Source of the DNA: Gemmatimonadales bacterium
Lineage (GTDB): Bacteria; Gemmatimonadota; Gemmatimonadetes; Gemmatimonadales; GWC2-71-9
Reading direction: 5' to 3'
Length of the DNA: 40,889 bases
Assembly (NCBI GenBank): GCA_036506575.1
Contig: DASXRM010000030.1
Location: forward strand, 1 to 40,889
Below the pieces are notes generated by a model. That model had not been told where the DNA came from, ran no database searches, and saw nothing but the letters and a program-made list of their open reading frames with translations. The translations under genes and the position numbers were made by a program. Positions 17,404-26,878 of this stretch are shown here, piece by piece; the first letter of the stretch is position 1, and each line of letters begins with the position of its first letter.

Positions 17404-18273
17404 GTGCACCTGGCCGTCCTCGCCGCTCGCACCGGCTGGCACACGCAACAGCTCGAGCAGGCGGCCGCGAAGCGGGGACACCAGGCGACAGTGCTGCCGT
17501 ATGAGGGACTGGTGGCCAGCATCGGACCGGCGCCGGGACTACGTAGCCGGACGACGGAACTGGATGCGGTCGATGTGGTGCTGGCTCGGATCATTCCGTC
17601 GGGCTCGCTCGAGCAGATCATCTTCCGGGTCGACGCGCTCCACCGGCTGGAAGACCGCGGCATCAGGGTGGTGAACTCGCCCCGGGTTATCGAGCGCACG
17701 GTAGACAAATTCTGGACCTCCGCGTTGCTCGAGCGTTGTGGCATCCCTACTCCAGAGACGATCGTCTGCGAGAGCCCGGACGAAGCCTTTGCCGGCTTCC
17801 GGGCCCTAGGGGACGTGATCGTGAAGCCGCTCTTTGGCTCGATGGGGCTCGGCATGGTCCGGGTCAGCGACGAGGAGATGGCGTTTCGGGTCTTCCGCAC
17901 CATCGAGCAGATTCGAGGCGTCTACTACTTGCAGCGCGCCATCGACCACGATGGCGCCGATATTCGTGCCTTCGTCGTTGGTGGTCGGGTACTCGGTGCC
18001 ATCGAGCGCCTGGCCCATGGTTGGCGCACCAACCTCGCCCGGGGCGGAACGGCTCGGGCAGTGACGCTCACCGATGACCGCAGCGCCCTCGCCGTTCGGG
18101 CTGCGGCCGCAGTGGGCGCCGACTATGCTGGGGTCGACCTCCTCACGGCACGCGACGGCAGGACCTACGTGCTCGAGGTCAACGGGATTCCCGGCTGGAA
18201 GGGCCTCCAAGAGACCACTGGGCTCGATGTAGCGGGGCGACTGATAGACCATCTGGCGCTTCGAGATCAGTGA
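17404..18273 (+). CDS. mptN: RimK-type ATP-grasp alpha-L-glutamate ligase (H4MPT:glutamate ligase MptN-like)
   Basis: 'VVNSPRVIERTVDKFWTSALL', 'VIVKPLFGSMGLGMVRV', 'DIRAFVVGGRVLGAIER' and 'GVDLL...YVLEVNGIPGW' show RimK-family architecture. The symbol is assigned from context. Confidence 0.75.
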   Translation: MHLAVLAARTGWHTQQLEQAAAKRGHQATVLPYEGLVASIGPAPGLRSRTTELDAVDVVLARIIPSGSLEQIIFRVDALHRLEDRGIRVVNSPRVIERTVDKFWTSALLERCGIPTPETIVCESPDEAFAGFRALGDVIVKPLFGSMGLGMVRVSDEEMAFRVFRTIEQIRGVYYLQRAIDHDGADIRAFVVGGRVLGAIERLAHGWRTNLARGGTARAVTLTDDRSALAVRAAAAVGADYAGVDLLTARDGRTYVLEVNGIPGWKGLQETTGLDVAGRLIDHLALRDQ

Positions 18274-19118
18274 ACTCACCCGCCGAGGTGGCCGCGGCCG
18301 GGCAACTCTCCTGCTTGCTGGAGGTGAGTGCGCCCAAACCGGGGAATGTCTCACCGGAGCGTCACTTTCATGACACTCGATATGAGGATTTTCTGGCGAG
18401 CGCGATAGCGATTGGGCCTGCGCTTGCCGGGGCGGCAACGCAGCCACTGGGTGCGACGATCCGGCGCGGGGTGGAAGACACGCTGCGCTGGACCCGTTCC
18501 AATACCAACCTCGGTATCGTCCTGCTGCTCGCACCTCTCGCCCGCGCCGCGCTGGGACAAGGCGGCCGGCTCCGGGAGCGGCTGAGCCGGGTGCTCGCGG
18601 AAACCACCGTCTCCGATGCCGCGGAGGTATATGCGGCGATTCGGCGCGCGCGCCCCGGCGGCCTGGGCCGTTCCCCGGCAGAGGACGTTGCCGAGCCCCC
18701 GACGGTGACCTTGCGCGAGGCCATGCGCCTGGCCGCCGAAAGAGATGCCATAGCCCGAGAGTACGTTACCGATTTTGCGCTGACCTTCGAGATCGGTGTG
18801 CCGGCCCTGCTGGCCGCCCGCCGGCAGGGGCTCCCCTGGACCGACGCGGCGGTCGAAGCCTATCTGACCTTGCTGGAAGCCGCTCCCGACACCCACATTG
18901 CCCGGAAGCTCGGAGCGGCGGAGGCCGAGATGGTTTCCCGGTGGGCGCGCGAGGTCCGGGCGGCTGGGGGAACCCGGTCACCGGCGGGACAGAAGGCGCT
19001 GGCCCAGCTCGATGTCGAGTTGCGAGATCCGCGGAACCGCCGCAATCCGGGCACCACGGCAGATCTCACCTGCGCCGCGCTGTTCGTCGTTATACTTGAA
19101 GGTGGATGGGACCGTTAG
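18270..19118 (+). CDS. Triphosphoribosyl-dephospho-CoA synthase (CitG/MdcB)-like protein of H4MPT islands
   Basis: 'EVSAPKPGNV', 'NTNLGIVLLLAPLA' and 'RNPGTTADLTCAALF' are CitG-family motifs. GTGA overlap with the upstream gene. Confidence 0.75.
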   Translation: MNSPAEVAAAGQLSCLLEVSAPKPGNVSPERHFHDTRYEDFLASAIAIGPALAGAATQPLGATIRRGVEDTLRWTRSNTNLGIVLLLAPLARAALGQGGRLRERLSRVLAETTVSDAAEVYAAIRRARPGGLGRSPAEDVAEPPTVTLREAMRLAAERDAIAREYVTDFALTFEIGVPALLAARRQGLPWTDAAVEAYLTLLEAAPDTHIARKLGAAEAEMVSRWAREVRAAGGTRSPAGQKALAQLDVELRDPRNRRNPGTTADLTCAALFVVILEGGWDR

Positions 19119-19128
19119 GAGAACCGCC

Positions 19129-19632
19129 GTGCAGAGCAGCTTTCGTGTCCAGGTCAGCAAGGATTACCTGGTCTTCGCTTCGGCTCACTTCATTACGTTC
19201 AGAGGGCACCAGTGCGAGTCGCTCCACGGCCACAACTACCGCGTTGGAGTGGCGGTCGAAGGGTCGGTCGACTCCGAATGTCTCTTCGTGCTGGACTTCA
19301 GCGTGCTGAAGCAGATCACTCGTCAGTTGGTGAATAGCATAGATCACAAGGTCCTGCTTCCCACCTTGAACCCCAAGCTGACCTATCGCAAGGACGGGGA
19401 TCGGCTGGCTGTCGACTACTTCGGTCAGCCGACGTATGTCTTTCCCCAGCACGATTGCGCCTTGATTCCGATCCCGAACAGCACCGCAGAGATGCTGGCC
19501 CAGTATCTCGGGTCTCAGTTGCGGGAGGAACTGGCCACGCGCGGTTATACCCACCTGACCAGCCTGGAGCTGGAGGTGGAGGAGAACTACGGCCAGTCCG
19601 CTACGTATCGCGAGGCGCTCGTCCCGGACTGA
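19129..19632 (+). CDS. 6-pyruvoyl-tetrahydropterin synthase / QueD-like protein
   Basis: 'FASAHFITFRGHQCESLHGHNYRVGVAVEG' carries the C-x3-HGH zinc/catalytic motif. GTG 19129 is preceded by AGGAG (19117-19121). The track's 18898 start is an overlap artefact. Confidence 0.8.
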   Translation: MQSSFRVQVSKDYLVFASAHFITFRGHQCESLHGHNYRVGVAVEGSVDSECLFVLDFSVLKQITRQLVNSIDHKVLLPTLNPKLTYRKDGDRLAVDYFGQPTYVFPQHDCALIPIPNSTAEMLAQYLGSQLREELATRGYTHLTSLELEVEENYGQSATYREALVPD

Positions 19633-20407
19633 GCCTAGCGGGATCCCGATGGGAAACCGCAGCCAGGTCAGCGGCGGTCAGCCGGCCGGTGTGGATGGCG
19701 CTCGCAACCAGCGCACCGTCGCACCCGGCATCCCGCATTCGCTCCAGATCGCGGCGGGTAAGTACGCCGCCACCCGCGAGCAGCCGAACGTCGGGCAGGA
19801 GGCGACGGAGCGACTCGAGCAGACCCAGATCGACTCCGCACCCGGTACCGACACGACCCAGGTCCAGCACGAGGATCGAGGCGACACCCGTGCCCGCAGC
19901 CTGCTCCGCCAGGCGCACCGGATCGGGGCCTGCCCCCCGGGCGTCCTGCAGTGTGTTATGAAGGACCGGATTGCCAAGCCGAAGATCGAGGCTGAACACC
20001 ACGCGGGACGCTCCCACGACACCGACGATCGAGCGTAAATCGGAGAAGGCGTGCAGGGTTTCCAACCCCACCACGACTTCACTCGCGCCGCAGGAGAGAA
20101 CCTCGAGCGCACCTTCCGGAAGGTGAGTGCCCGCGTCCACCAGCAGTGCGCCGGCGAAGCCGGTGTGAAATTCGGCCAGCTCGCGAAGCAGCGTCCGCTG
20201 CACGGCGCCCCCCTGAATGGCATCGAGGTCGGCGACGTAACATTGGTAAATCCCCAGGATGGCGTGAAAGGCGCGCAGCACCGCGACCGCATCGCCCACC
20301 TGTCCCGGAACCAAGTCCGACTCCAAGGGCGCGTAGCCGGTGCGATCACCGGCCTGCGCATGCACCGCTATGCCGCCGGCGATATCCAGTACGGGAATGA
20401 TCTGCAT
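19601..20407 (-). CDS. HisA/HisF-family (beta/alpha)8-barrel protein associated with H4MPT biosynthesis
   Basis: 'MQIIPVLDIAGGIAVHA', 'YVADLDAI' and 'LLAGGGVLTRRDLERMRDAGCDGALVASAIHTG' are typical HisA/F phosphate-binding ends. Its 3' end overlaps the PTPS gene by 32 nt (convergent). Confidence 0.75.
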   Translation of the reverse strand: MQIIPVLDIAGGIAVHAQAGDRTGYAPLESDLVPGQVGDAVAVLRAFHAILGIYQCYVADLDAIQGGAVQRTLLRELAEFHTGFAGALLVDAGTHLPEGALEVLSCGASEVVVGLETLHAFSDLRSIVGVVGASRVVFSLDLRLGNPVLHNTLQDARGAGPDPVRLAEQAAGTGVASILVLDLGRVGTGCGVDLGLLESLRRLLPDVRLLAGGGVLTRRDLERMRDAGCDGALVASAIHTGRLTAADLAAVSHRDPARLSPGRAPRDT

Positions 20408-20436
20408 CCGTGATCGCAGTTCCTAGCGGGTTCCGA

Positions 20437-21477
20437 ATGACCAAGCCGTCAGCCATCCTGGGTTGGGATATCGGGGGCGTCAACACCAAGGCCGCACGGC
20501 TTGCCCAGGAGTCCAGAGGTCCGGTTGCTCGTACTCTCTGCCTTCCCTATGAGGTGCAACGCGAGCCGCCGGCACTAGGTGCAACATTGCGCTCAGTGGC
20601 GGAGCAGCTCGGCGCCGGCCCGTCCGATTGGCACGCAATCACCATGACCGCTGAGCTGTCTCAGGCATTCCGGACCAAGCGCGAGGGGGTCACCTTTGTC
20701 CTCGATGCGATGGAGGCCGCGTTTCCGCGCGACAGCCTTCACGTATACACGGTGGAGGGGAGATTCGTCAGCCCCCAGGAAGCCCGCCTGCGCCCGGGCG
20801 GCGCGGCGGCCTCGAACTGGGCGGCCACCGCTCACTGGGTAGCTCAATCGTTTCCTACCTGCATCCTCATTGACATAGGAACTACGACCACCGATCTCAT
20901 CCCCATCGTGAACGGAAAAGTAGCGGCCCGGGGACTGAACGACCCCGAACGGCTTCTCAGCGGCGAGCTGGTCTACACCGGGGCGCTGCGCACACCGGTC
21001 GAGGCTATCACTCAGCGGGTCCCGCTCTGGGGGGGAAGCGCCCGGCTCTCCGCCGAGGGTTTCGCACTTATCGGTGATGCCCACCTCTGGCTCGGCCAAC
21101 TCAGCCAGGAGGACTATACCTGCCGCGCACCGGACGGACGCCCGGCGACTCGGGACTATGCCGGCGAGCGGCTGGCGCGGACGGTGTGCGCCGATCGAGA
21201 CATGCTCGACGACTCCGCCATAGATGATATAGCGGCTGCGCTTGCGCGCGCTCAGGTCCAGGCGATCGCAGAAGCGCTCGAAACGATCCGCGAGCGCTAT
21301 CCCGAGATCAGGGCAGCGGTCGTGACCGGACTGGGCGATTTTATTGCGATGGAAGCGGCCAACGCTGCCGGGTTGACGGTGCTCCCGCTCGCTGCCCGGC
21401 TGGGTAGCGGCGCGCGAACCGCGCCCGCCGCGGCCGTGGCTTGGCTCCTCTGGGAGGCTCAGGAGGCCGCCCAATGA
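20437..21477 (+). CDS. Hydantoinase/oxoprolinase-like 'H4MPT-linked C1 transfer pathway' protein
   Basis: 'ILGWDIGGVNTKAARL' and 'ILIDIGTTTTDLIPIV' are ASKHA/hydantoinase motifs. Start 20437 (MTKPS...) or 20410. Confidence 0.72.
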   Translation: MTKPSAILGWDIGGVNTKAARLAQESRGPVARTLCLPYEVQREPPALGATLRSVAEQLGAGPSDWHAITMTAELSQAFRTKREGVTFVLDAMEAAFPRDSLHVYTVEGRFVSPQEARLRPGGAAASNWAATAHWVAQSFPTCILIDIGTTTTDLIPIVNGKVAARGLNDPERLLSGELVYTGALRTPVEAITQRVPLWGGSARLSAEGFALIGDAHLWLGQLSQEDYTCRAPDGRPATRDYAGERLARTVCADRDMLDDSAIDDIAAALARAQVQAIAEALETIRERYPEIRAAVVTGLGDFIAMEAANAAGLTVLPLAARLGSGARTAPAAAVAWLLWEAQEAAQ

Positions 21478-22076
21478 ACCTGGCGCCTCGATCCACTGGG
21501 TCGATAACCGTAATCAAGATCGGCGGCGGACTCACCGTGGTGTCCGGCGCGCTGGAACGCGTCTGTGCCGCGGTAGCGGAAACCTCCCGGCACCATCGGC
21601 TTCTCGTCGTGCCCGGTGGCGGTCCTTTCGCGGAAGCGGTGCGGGAATTCCAGAGCCGGATCGGTGTGTCCCCGGACGCGGCCCACTGGATGGCAATACT
21701 GGCGATGGACCAGTATGCGCATGTGCTCGCCGACCGGATAGCGGGAGCGGTGCTGATTGAGGATCCCGGAGCGATCTCGGAAGCCGCAACCGTGGGGACG
21801 GTGGCGGTGCTGGCGCCGTCCCGCTGGATGCGATCCGCCGATGCGCTGCCCCACAGTTGGGACGTGACGAGCGACAGTATCGCGGCTTTCGTCGCGGGCG
21901 CCCTGGACGCGGCGCGCCTGATTCTGATTAAGCCGGCCCAGCTGGCCGATTCAGTCGATCCCTACTTCGCGACCGCGCTCCCGGCCGGGATGTCATGCCA
22001 GATCATTGGATACGATCAGGTCGAGCAGCTTGCCCTGCGACTCACCGCGCCGACCGCTGCCGCCGGATCGGGCTAG
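21474..22076 (+). CDS. Amino-acid-kinase-family protein (aspartate/glutamate/uridylate kinase fold) of H4MPT islands
   Basis: 'ITVIKIGGGL' and 'LLVVPGGGPFAEAVR'. ATGA overlap with the upstream gene. Confidence 0.72.
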   Translation: MNLAPRSTGSITVIKIGGGLTVVSGALERVCAAVAETSRHHRLLVVPGGGPFAEAVREFQSRIGVSPDAAHWMAILAMDQYAHVLADRIAGAVLIEDPGAISEAATVGTVAVLAPSRWMRSADALPHSWDVTSDSIAAFVAGALDAARLILIKPAQLADSVDPYFATALPAGMSCQIIGYDQVEQLALRLTAPTAAAGSG

Positions 22077-25000
22077 GAGCCGAGGAGGGCTTGCGGACCA
22101 AGTGATCCAGGAAGCGATCGGCCGGCACCGGACGTCCGACCAGGTAGCCTTGCACCTCATCGCACCCCTGCTTCTGTAGCAGCGTGAGGTGCGCCTCAGT
22201 TTCGACCCCTTCGGCAATGACCCTCAGACCCAGCGCATGTCCCAGGGCGATGATCGCCGTGGTAATGGCGGCGTCGTCGGGCTGAATGGCGATCTCCCGG
22301 ATAAACGAGCGGTCGATTTTAAGGGTGTCCAGCGGGAAGTGTTTCAGGTAGCTGAACGAGGAGTAGCCGGTTCCGAAGTCGTCTACCGCAAGGTGGAGAC
22401 CCATGGCGCGGAGCGCGTGCAACGCGTCGGTCCCTTCGCGCTGGTGGTTGACGAGCACACTCTCGGTGAGCTCGAGGCCGAGATATCGCGGCTCGAGCCC
22501 GCTCATCTGCAAGGCGCGGCCGATGGTGCCGGTCAAGCTGCGCTTGAGCTGCCGGCTCGACAGATTGACCCCGACTCGGATGCGCGGAAGCCCGGCATCC
22601 TGCCACGTCCGGTTCTGCAAACAGGCACTCTGCAGAACCCACTCACCCATGGGAACGATGAGGCCGTTCTCTTCCGCGATTGGGATGAACTCGGACGGAA
22701 GCAGGAGGCCCAGCTCGGGATGGCGCCAGCGTAACAGCGCCTCGGCCCCCACGACGGTGTTGGTGTACGCGTCCACGATCGGCTGATAGTGCACCTCAAG
22801 TTCGTTCCGTTCGAGCGCCCTCCGGAGATCGTTTTCCAGGGTCATCCGTTGCAGCGCGGTGGTCGTCATCGACTTGGAGTAGGTCTGATAGCTGCTGCCC
22901 CCCTGCTCCTTCGCCTTGTACATGGCGGTGTCCGCGTGCATCAGCAGGGTGTCGATGTCCTCACCATCGTAGGGGTAAATGGCAATCCCGATGCTGGCGT
23001 TGATGAAGATCTCGTGGGTCCCGACCCGCACCGGGTGGGCAAAGCTGGACAGGATCCGCCGGGCGAGCTTCGCCGCATCCTGGGCGTCATGCAGGCCGGG
23101 CATGATGACGGTGAACTCGTCTCCTCCGAGACGTGCCACCTCGGGAGCTAACGTGGTGAGCGCCGGCCCCACCTCGTCTTCCCGCTCCCGGCAGCAGGAG
23201 CGGAGACGGGACGCGACGTGCCGGAGGAGCTGGTCTCCCACCTCATGACCTAGCGTGTCGTTGATGCGACTGAAATGGTCCAGGTCGATGAAGAAGGCCG
23301 CCACGAGTTGTTGATTGCGGCCCGCCTGTTCCAGGGCATAGGCCAGGCGTTCTTTGTAGGATAGACGGTTAGGCAAACCGGTCAGGCTATCGTAGTAGGC
23401 CAGCTCGCGGACCTGCTCCAGCATCCGTGCGTTGGCGAGCGCAACGGCCGCCTGGTCCGCCAGGCGGCGCATCTGAACCCGGTCCTCCTCGGTGGGGACC
23501 AGATCGAACCGTTCGCCCAGGGCGACAATACCTGATAATTGTCGCTGATACGAGAGCGGCAGAACCACAAAAGAGGTCGTTCCCAGTTGGGCCAGGGGAG
23601 CGAGATAGGTGGGCACCCTCTCGCCGGTGCGGAGGACAAACACCTCGGGACCTATTAACAGTGCCTGAACGTCGGCCGCGTGTAGCCGGATCCGCTCGAT
23701 ATGGCGATCGCCCTTCTCATAATCCTGGATGACACTGGCTACCGACTTGGCCCCGTTCGGTATACTGAGGGTCACGCTCACCATGCTGCAGGGAAAGACG
23801 TCCCGGATTCGGCTAATAACAGTGTCCACGATGGCGGTGGCGTCGGTCGCTGAGAGCACCGCACGATCGATCTCGGCTGCGGTGGCGAGCGCCTTGAACT
23901 GGCGGCCGAGTTGGGTGGCCATGGTGTTAAAGGAGGTCGCGAGCTGCTCGAACTCGTCCCGGCTGGTCACTGTCACCCGGCTGGTGAAGTCTCGCTGGGC
24001 AATACGCTGGGTTCCCTTCTGCAGCTCCTCGAGTGGCAGCACACTCCGGCGGATCTGGCTCAAACTGAGAAGAAGGACGGCCAGACTGGAAAGTCCCATC
24101 ACGATGAGAAACGTGTTGGTGAACTCCACCATGGGCTCGAGCACTTCGTCCTTGGACTCGCTGAACAGAACCGTCCAGGGTTGCGCGGCGAACGCGGCAT
24201 CCAGCCTGACGGCGGCGGCGGCGGTCAGATAAAATTCTCGGGAGGTCGCCGCCGTGGTATCGAGCGCTGCTACGCCCGGTCTACTCGAAACCTTTTCTAC
24301 CGGAAGCGGTGTCTTGACCGTGCTGAAGAGCACGTGGGCGGAGTCGTCCAGGACCGCTACCCGGGTCGTCGGGGACGGGACGGTCTCCTCCACTGTGCCC
24401 CACAGATACTCGGGACTCACCTCACCGACGATCGTGCCCCGCACCTCCCCACGGCGGACCAGACGGCGCAACAGATAGACTCGCGCTTGCTCGTCTTCGC
24501 CATGCACCACGGAGATGAGCGGCAACCCGAGCCGCAGATCGGAGCTGTCTCGAGTAGATAAACTGGGACGGTGGGAGAGGCGGCCGAAGACTTCGATCCC
24601 CTTTCCGTCATCGCCGATGAACTGGACGGCAACGAATCGCTGGCGCGCGAGCAGGTCGAGCCCGGTGATCAGCGCTTTGCTGGCCTCGATCAGGTCGGCG
24701 CGCTGCCGGTTTCCCGTGGCGAGTGATCTAGGATCTCGATCGAGAATGATGCCGCCCATCGCCAGCCGCCCATCCAGCGATCCCGCCTGAGTCTGATTCC
24801 CCGGCTTCGGTAGCGGGGGCCGCTTCGGGGTTGTAGCAGCCGGGGGTAATCGTTTGGCGGCGTCGAGCTGGAGAATGGCGCTCGGAGGAATGCTCTTCAG
24901 CGTGGCATCCAGCAGCAGGAGGCGCTCGAAGACCGCCTGCGCCAGGGACCGGGTGGCCTGCTGCAGCCCGTTCTCGCGCTGACGATAGAGCTGTTGCTTC

Positions 25001-25116
25001 ACGTGCCGGTAGGAGAGTACGGCGAGAAGCGCCATGGGAAGCAGGGCGCAACCCACGAACAACACCAAGAGCCGACGCCCGAACCTGCTCCGTAGCGGTG
25101 TGGACGGAAAAGTCAC
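22042..25116 (-). CDS. Membrane sensor with periplasmic domain, HAMP, GAF-like, GGDEF and EAL domains (c-di-GMP turnover)
   Basis: TM 'LLVLFVGCALLPMALLAVL', a ~300-aa extracytoplasmic segment, then a second TM 'FLIVMGLSSLAVLLLSL'. HAMP 'LEELQKGTQRIAQRDFTSRV...FNTMATQL'. Intact 'RLGGDEFTVIM' and intact 'EALLRWRHPELG ... DDFGTGYSS'. GTG start at 25116. Confidence 0.88.
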   Translation of the reverse strand: MTFPSTPLRSRFGRRLLVLFVGCALLPMALLAVLSYRHVKQQLYRQRENGLQQATRSLAQAVFERLLLLDATLKSIPPSAILQLDAAKRLPPAATTPKRPPLPKPGNQTQAGSLDGRLAMGGIILDRDPRSLATGNRQRADLIEASKALITGLDLLARQRFVAVQFIGDDGKGIEVFGRLSHRPSLSTRDSSDLRLGLPLISVVHGEDEQARVYLLRRLVRRGEVRGTIVGEVSPEYLWGTVEETVPSPTTRVAVLDDSAHVLFSTVKTPLPVEKVSSRPGVAALDTTAATSREFYLTAAAAVRLDAAFAAQPWTVLFSESKDEVLEPMVEFTNTFLIVMGLSSLAVLLLSLSQIRRSVLPLEELQKGTQRIAQRDFTSRVTVTSRDEFEQLATSFNTMATQLGRQFKALATAAEIDRAVLSATDATAIVDTVISRIRDVFPCSMVSVTLSIPNGAKSVASVIQDYEKGDRHIERIRLHAADVQALLIGPEVFVLRTGERVPTYLAPLAQLGTTSFVVLPLSYQRQLSGIVALGERFDLVPTEEDRVQMRRLADQAAVALANARMLEQVRELAYYDSLTGLPNRLSYKERLAYALEQAGRNQQLVAAFFIDLDHFSRINDTLGHEVGDQLLRHVASRLRSCCREREDEVGPALTTLAPEVARLGGDEFTVIMPGLHDAQDAAKLARRILSSFAHPVRVGTHEIFINASIGIAIYPYDGEDIDTLLMHADTAMYKAKEQGGSSYQTYSKSMTTTALQRMTLENDLRRALERNELEVHYQPIVDAYTNTVVGAEALLRWRHPELGLLLPSEFIPIAEENGLIVPMGEWVLQSACLQNRTWQDAGLPRIRVGVNLSSRQLKRSLTGTIGRALQMSGLEPRYLGLELTESVLVNHQREGTDALHALRAMGLHLAVDDFGTGYSSFSYLKHFPLDTLKIDRSFIREIAIQPDDAAITTAIIALGHALGLRVIAEGVETEAHLTLLQKQGCDEVQGYLVGRPVPADRFLDHLVRKPSSAPSPIRRQRSAR

Positions 25117-25264
25117 ATTGGTGCCCGGGCGCGTAGTGAGGCGAAACGGAAAATCGAATGGCTGCAGCCCCGCGTCCGAGCAAGTGTTATGCCCTGGAGA
25201 GATCCCCCTAATCGTTGAGCGTCAGTAGCTTAGGTCGGCCTAATCGAAAGAATTCGCGCCGGGA

Positions 25265-26035
25265 TCACGCGTTTCGCGAACCGGCCTCCAGCAGAGCTTG
25301 ATCAGGTCCCTGAAGAGACCCCGAAGTCTCGTGAATCCTTCGCCGCAGCGCCCGGACTCGGTCCGAGGTCACCCGGCCTTGTCGTCCGCCCTCGCATGCG
25401 GCCCCCCGAACCCCGACCACGTCGGGAGCAGCCATACAAACCGCTTCCAGATCCTTCAAATCGAGTCCACCGGCCACCGCGCTGGCCAGACCGGCGCGGC
25501 GAGCGCACCCGACCCACTGCGCCAGAGCCGCCTCGCCGATCCAGGTGAAGAGACTCCGGCCGTTCTTGGTGTAGGTGTCCAACAGTACCCCGGTGGCACC
25601 CGATCGTGCCGCGACTCGGCCTATGGTATCAGGTGCGGCGGTGCCGGCGAGCATGAAATCGGCGTACGCCACCGGAACAATGTGCGGGCGGACTGGTTGT
25701 TTCGACGACGCCGCCACCGCTGTCATGATGAGCGCCTGGATCTGCTCGGGCGCAGATACTCCCGCGAAGCCCAGCTTGAGGTACAGGGGAGCCGGCCGGC
25801 TTGCGAGCGGGAGTGGTGAGATAGCGGCCAGAACTTCATCGGCTGTGGTTAGATCTCCCAGCGCGATGCTCGCCGCACGGTGCTTCGGAATCCGCGAGAG
25901 CAGCTCGGCGAGCACTTGGGCGGATACCGGCCCCAGGGGGCCACGCTCTGGCTCCTTGGCATCGATGATATCGGCTCCCCCGGCGAGTGCAGCTCCCACC
26001 TCCGCCGCACACCTCACGCTCACGAGCAACCGCAT
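25265..26035 (-). CDS. mfnB: (5-formylfuran-3-yl)methyl phosphate synthase (MfnB/DUF556), methanofuran biosynthesis
   Basis: 'MRLLVSVRCAAEVGAALAGGADIIDAKEPERGPLG' closely resembles the archaeal MfnB N-terminus. Length ~255 aa. Confidence 0.8.
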   Translation of the reverse strand: MRLLVSVRCAAEVGAALAGGADIIDAKEPERGPLGPVSAQVLAELLSRIPKHRAASIALGDLTTADEVLAAISPLPLASRPAPLYLKLGFAGVSAPEQIQALIMTAVAASSKQPVRPHIVPVAYADFMLAGTAAPDTIGRVAARSGATGVLLDTYTKNGRSLFTWIGEAALAQWVGCARRAGLASAVAGGLDLKDLEAVCMAAPDVVGVRGAACEGGRQGRVTSDRVRALRRRIHETSGSLQGPDQALLEAGSRNA

Positions 26036-26045
26036 TACCGCTCCC

Positions 26046-26073
26046 TTGTAAGATGCTAATGCACCGGTATGTT
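26046..26073 (+). promoter_or_regulatory. Weak sigma70-like promoter candidate for the SDR-pcd-DHPS-pabBA operon
   Basis: TTGTAA (26046-26051), 16 nt spacer, TATGTT (26068-26073), in the 88-nt divergent gap between mfnB and the SDR gene. Confidence 0.3.
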
Positions 26074-26123
26074 AGGATTTAGGAAGCTATCACCGGGCGG
26101 AATCCGAGGGGAGGCGGCGGCCA

Positions 26124-26873
26124 GTGTTGGAGCGGAAAAGCGTGCTGGTTACCGGAGCTTCCAGTGGAATCGGCCGCGCCATTGCGCTCCGCTGCGCTCA
26201 GGCGGGGGCCGATCTCGCCATAACGTATCGGAAAAATCAGCACGGTGCCGAGGCGACGGCTCGTGAGATCCGTGAGCTGGGCCGCCGGGTCGAAGTCATC
26301 CGCACCGACATCAGCCGGGATCAGGATATCGATGTGCTGGTGGGCCGATTACGGGACGCATTCGAGCGGCTGGACGTCTGGATCAACAACGCAGGCGCTG
26401 ACATTCTGACCGGCGAGGCGGCCCGTCTCTCCCGTCTTCAGAAGCTCGAGACGGTCATCGCTGTCGATCTCAAAGGAACCGTCCAGACATCCTGGGCGGC
26501 GGTGGGGCTGATGCAGCAGCAGGGAGGCGGCAGCATTATCAACCTGGCCTGGGATCATGTCGGCCAGGGTATGGAAGGAGAGAATCCCTCGGTCTACGCT
26601 GCAGCCAAGGGAGGGGTGGCGAGCTTCAGCCGATCGCTCGCGCGAGAAGTGGCCCCGACGATCCGCGTCAACATTCTCGCACCCGGCTTCATCGAGACTG
26701 CCTTCGGCGAGGAGGCCAATCCGAACTTTCGCCAAAAGGTCATCGAGATGACACCGCTTCGCCGCTGGGGCAAGCCCGAGGATGTCGCAGGCGCGGCAGT
26801 GTTCCTGGCCTCGGACGATTCGGCCTTTCTCACCGGGCAGACCATCATGGTGAACGGAGGAGTGGTGATGTGA
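26124..26873 (+). CDS. Short-chain dehydrogenase/reductase (FabG/FolM pteridine-reductase-like)
   Basis: 'VLVTGASSGIGRAIA' (TGxxxGIG), 'NNAG' and the catalytic 'YAAAK'. A pterin-related role is inferred from neighbours only. GTG start. Confidence 0.8.
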   Translation: MLERKSVLVTGASSGIGRAIALRCAQAGADLAITYRKNQHGAEATAREIRELGRRVEVIRTDISRDQDIDVLVGRLRDAFERLDVWINNAGADILTGEAARLSRLQKLETVIAVDLKGTVQTSWAAVGLMQQQGGGSIINLAWDHVGQGMEGENPSVYAAAKGGVASFSRSLAREVAPTIRVNILAPGFIETAFGEEANPNFRQKVIEMTPLRRWGKPEDVAGAAVFLASDDSAFLTGQTIMVNGGVVM

Positions 26874-26878
26874 AGGAA

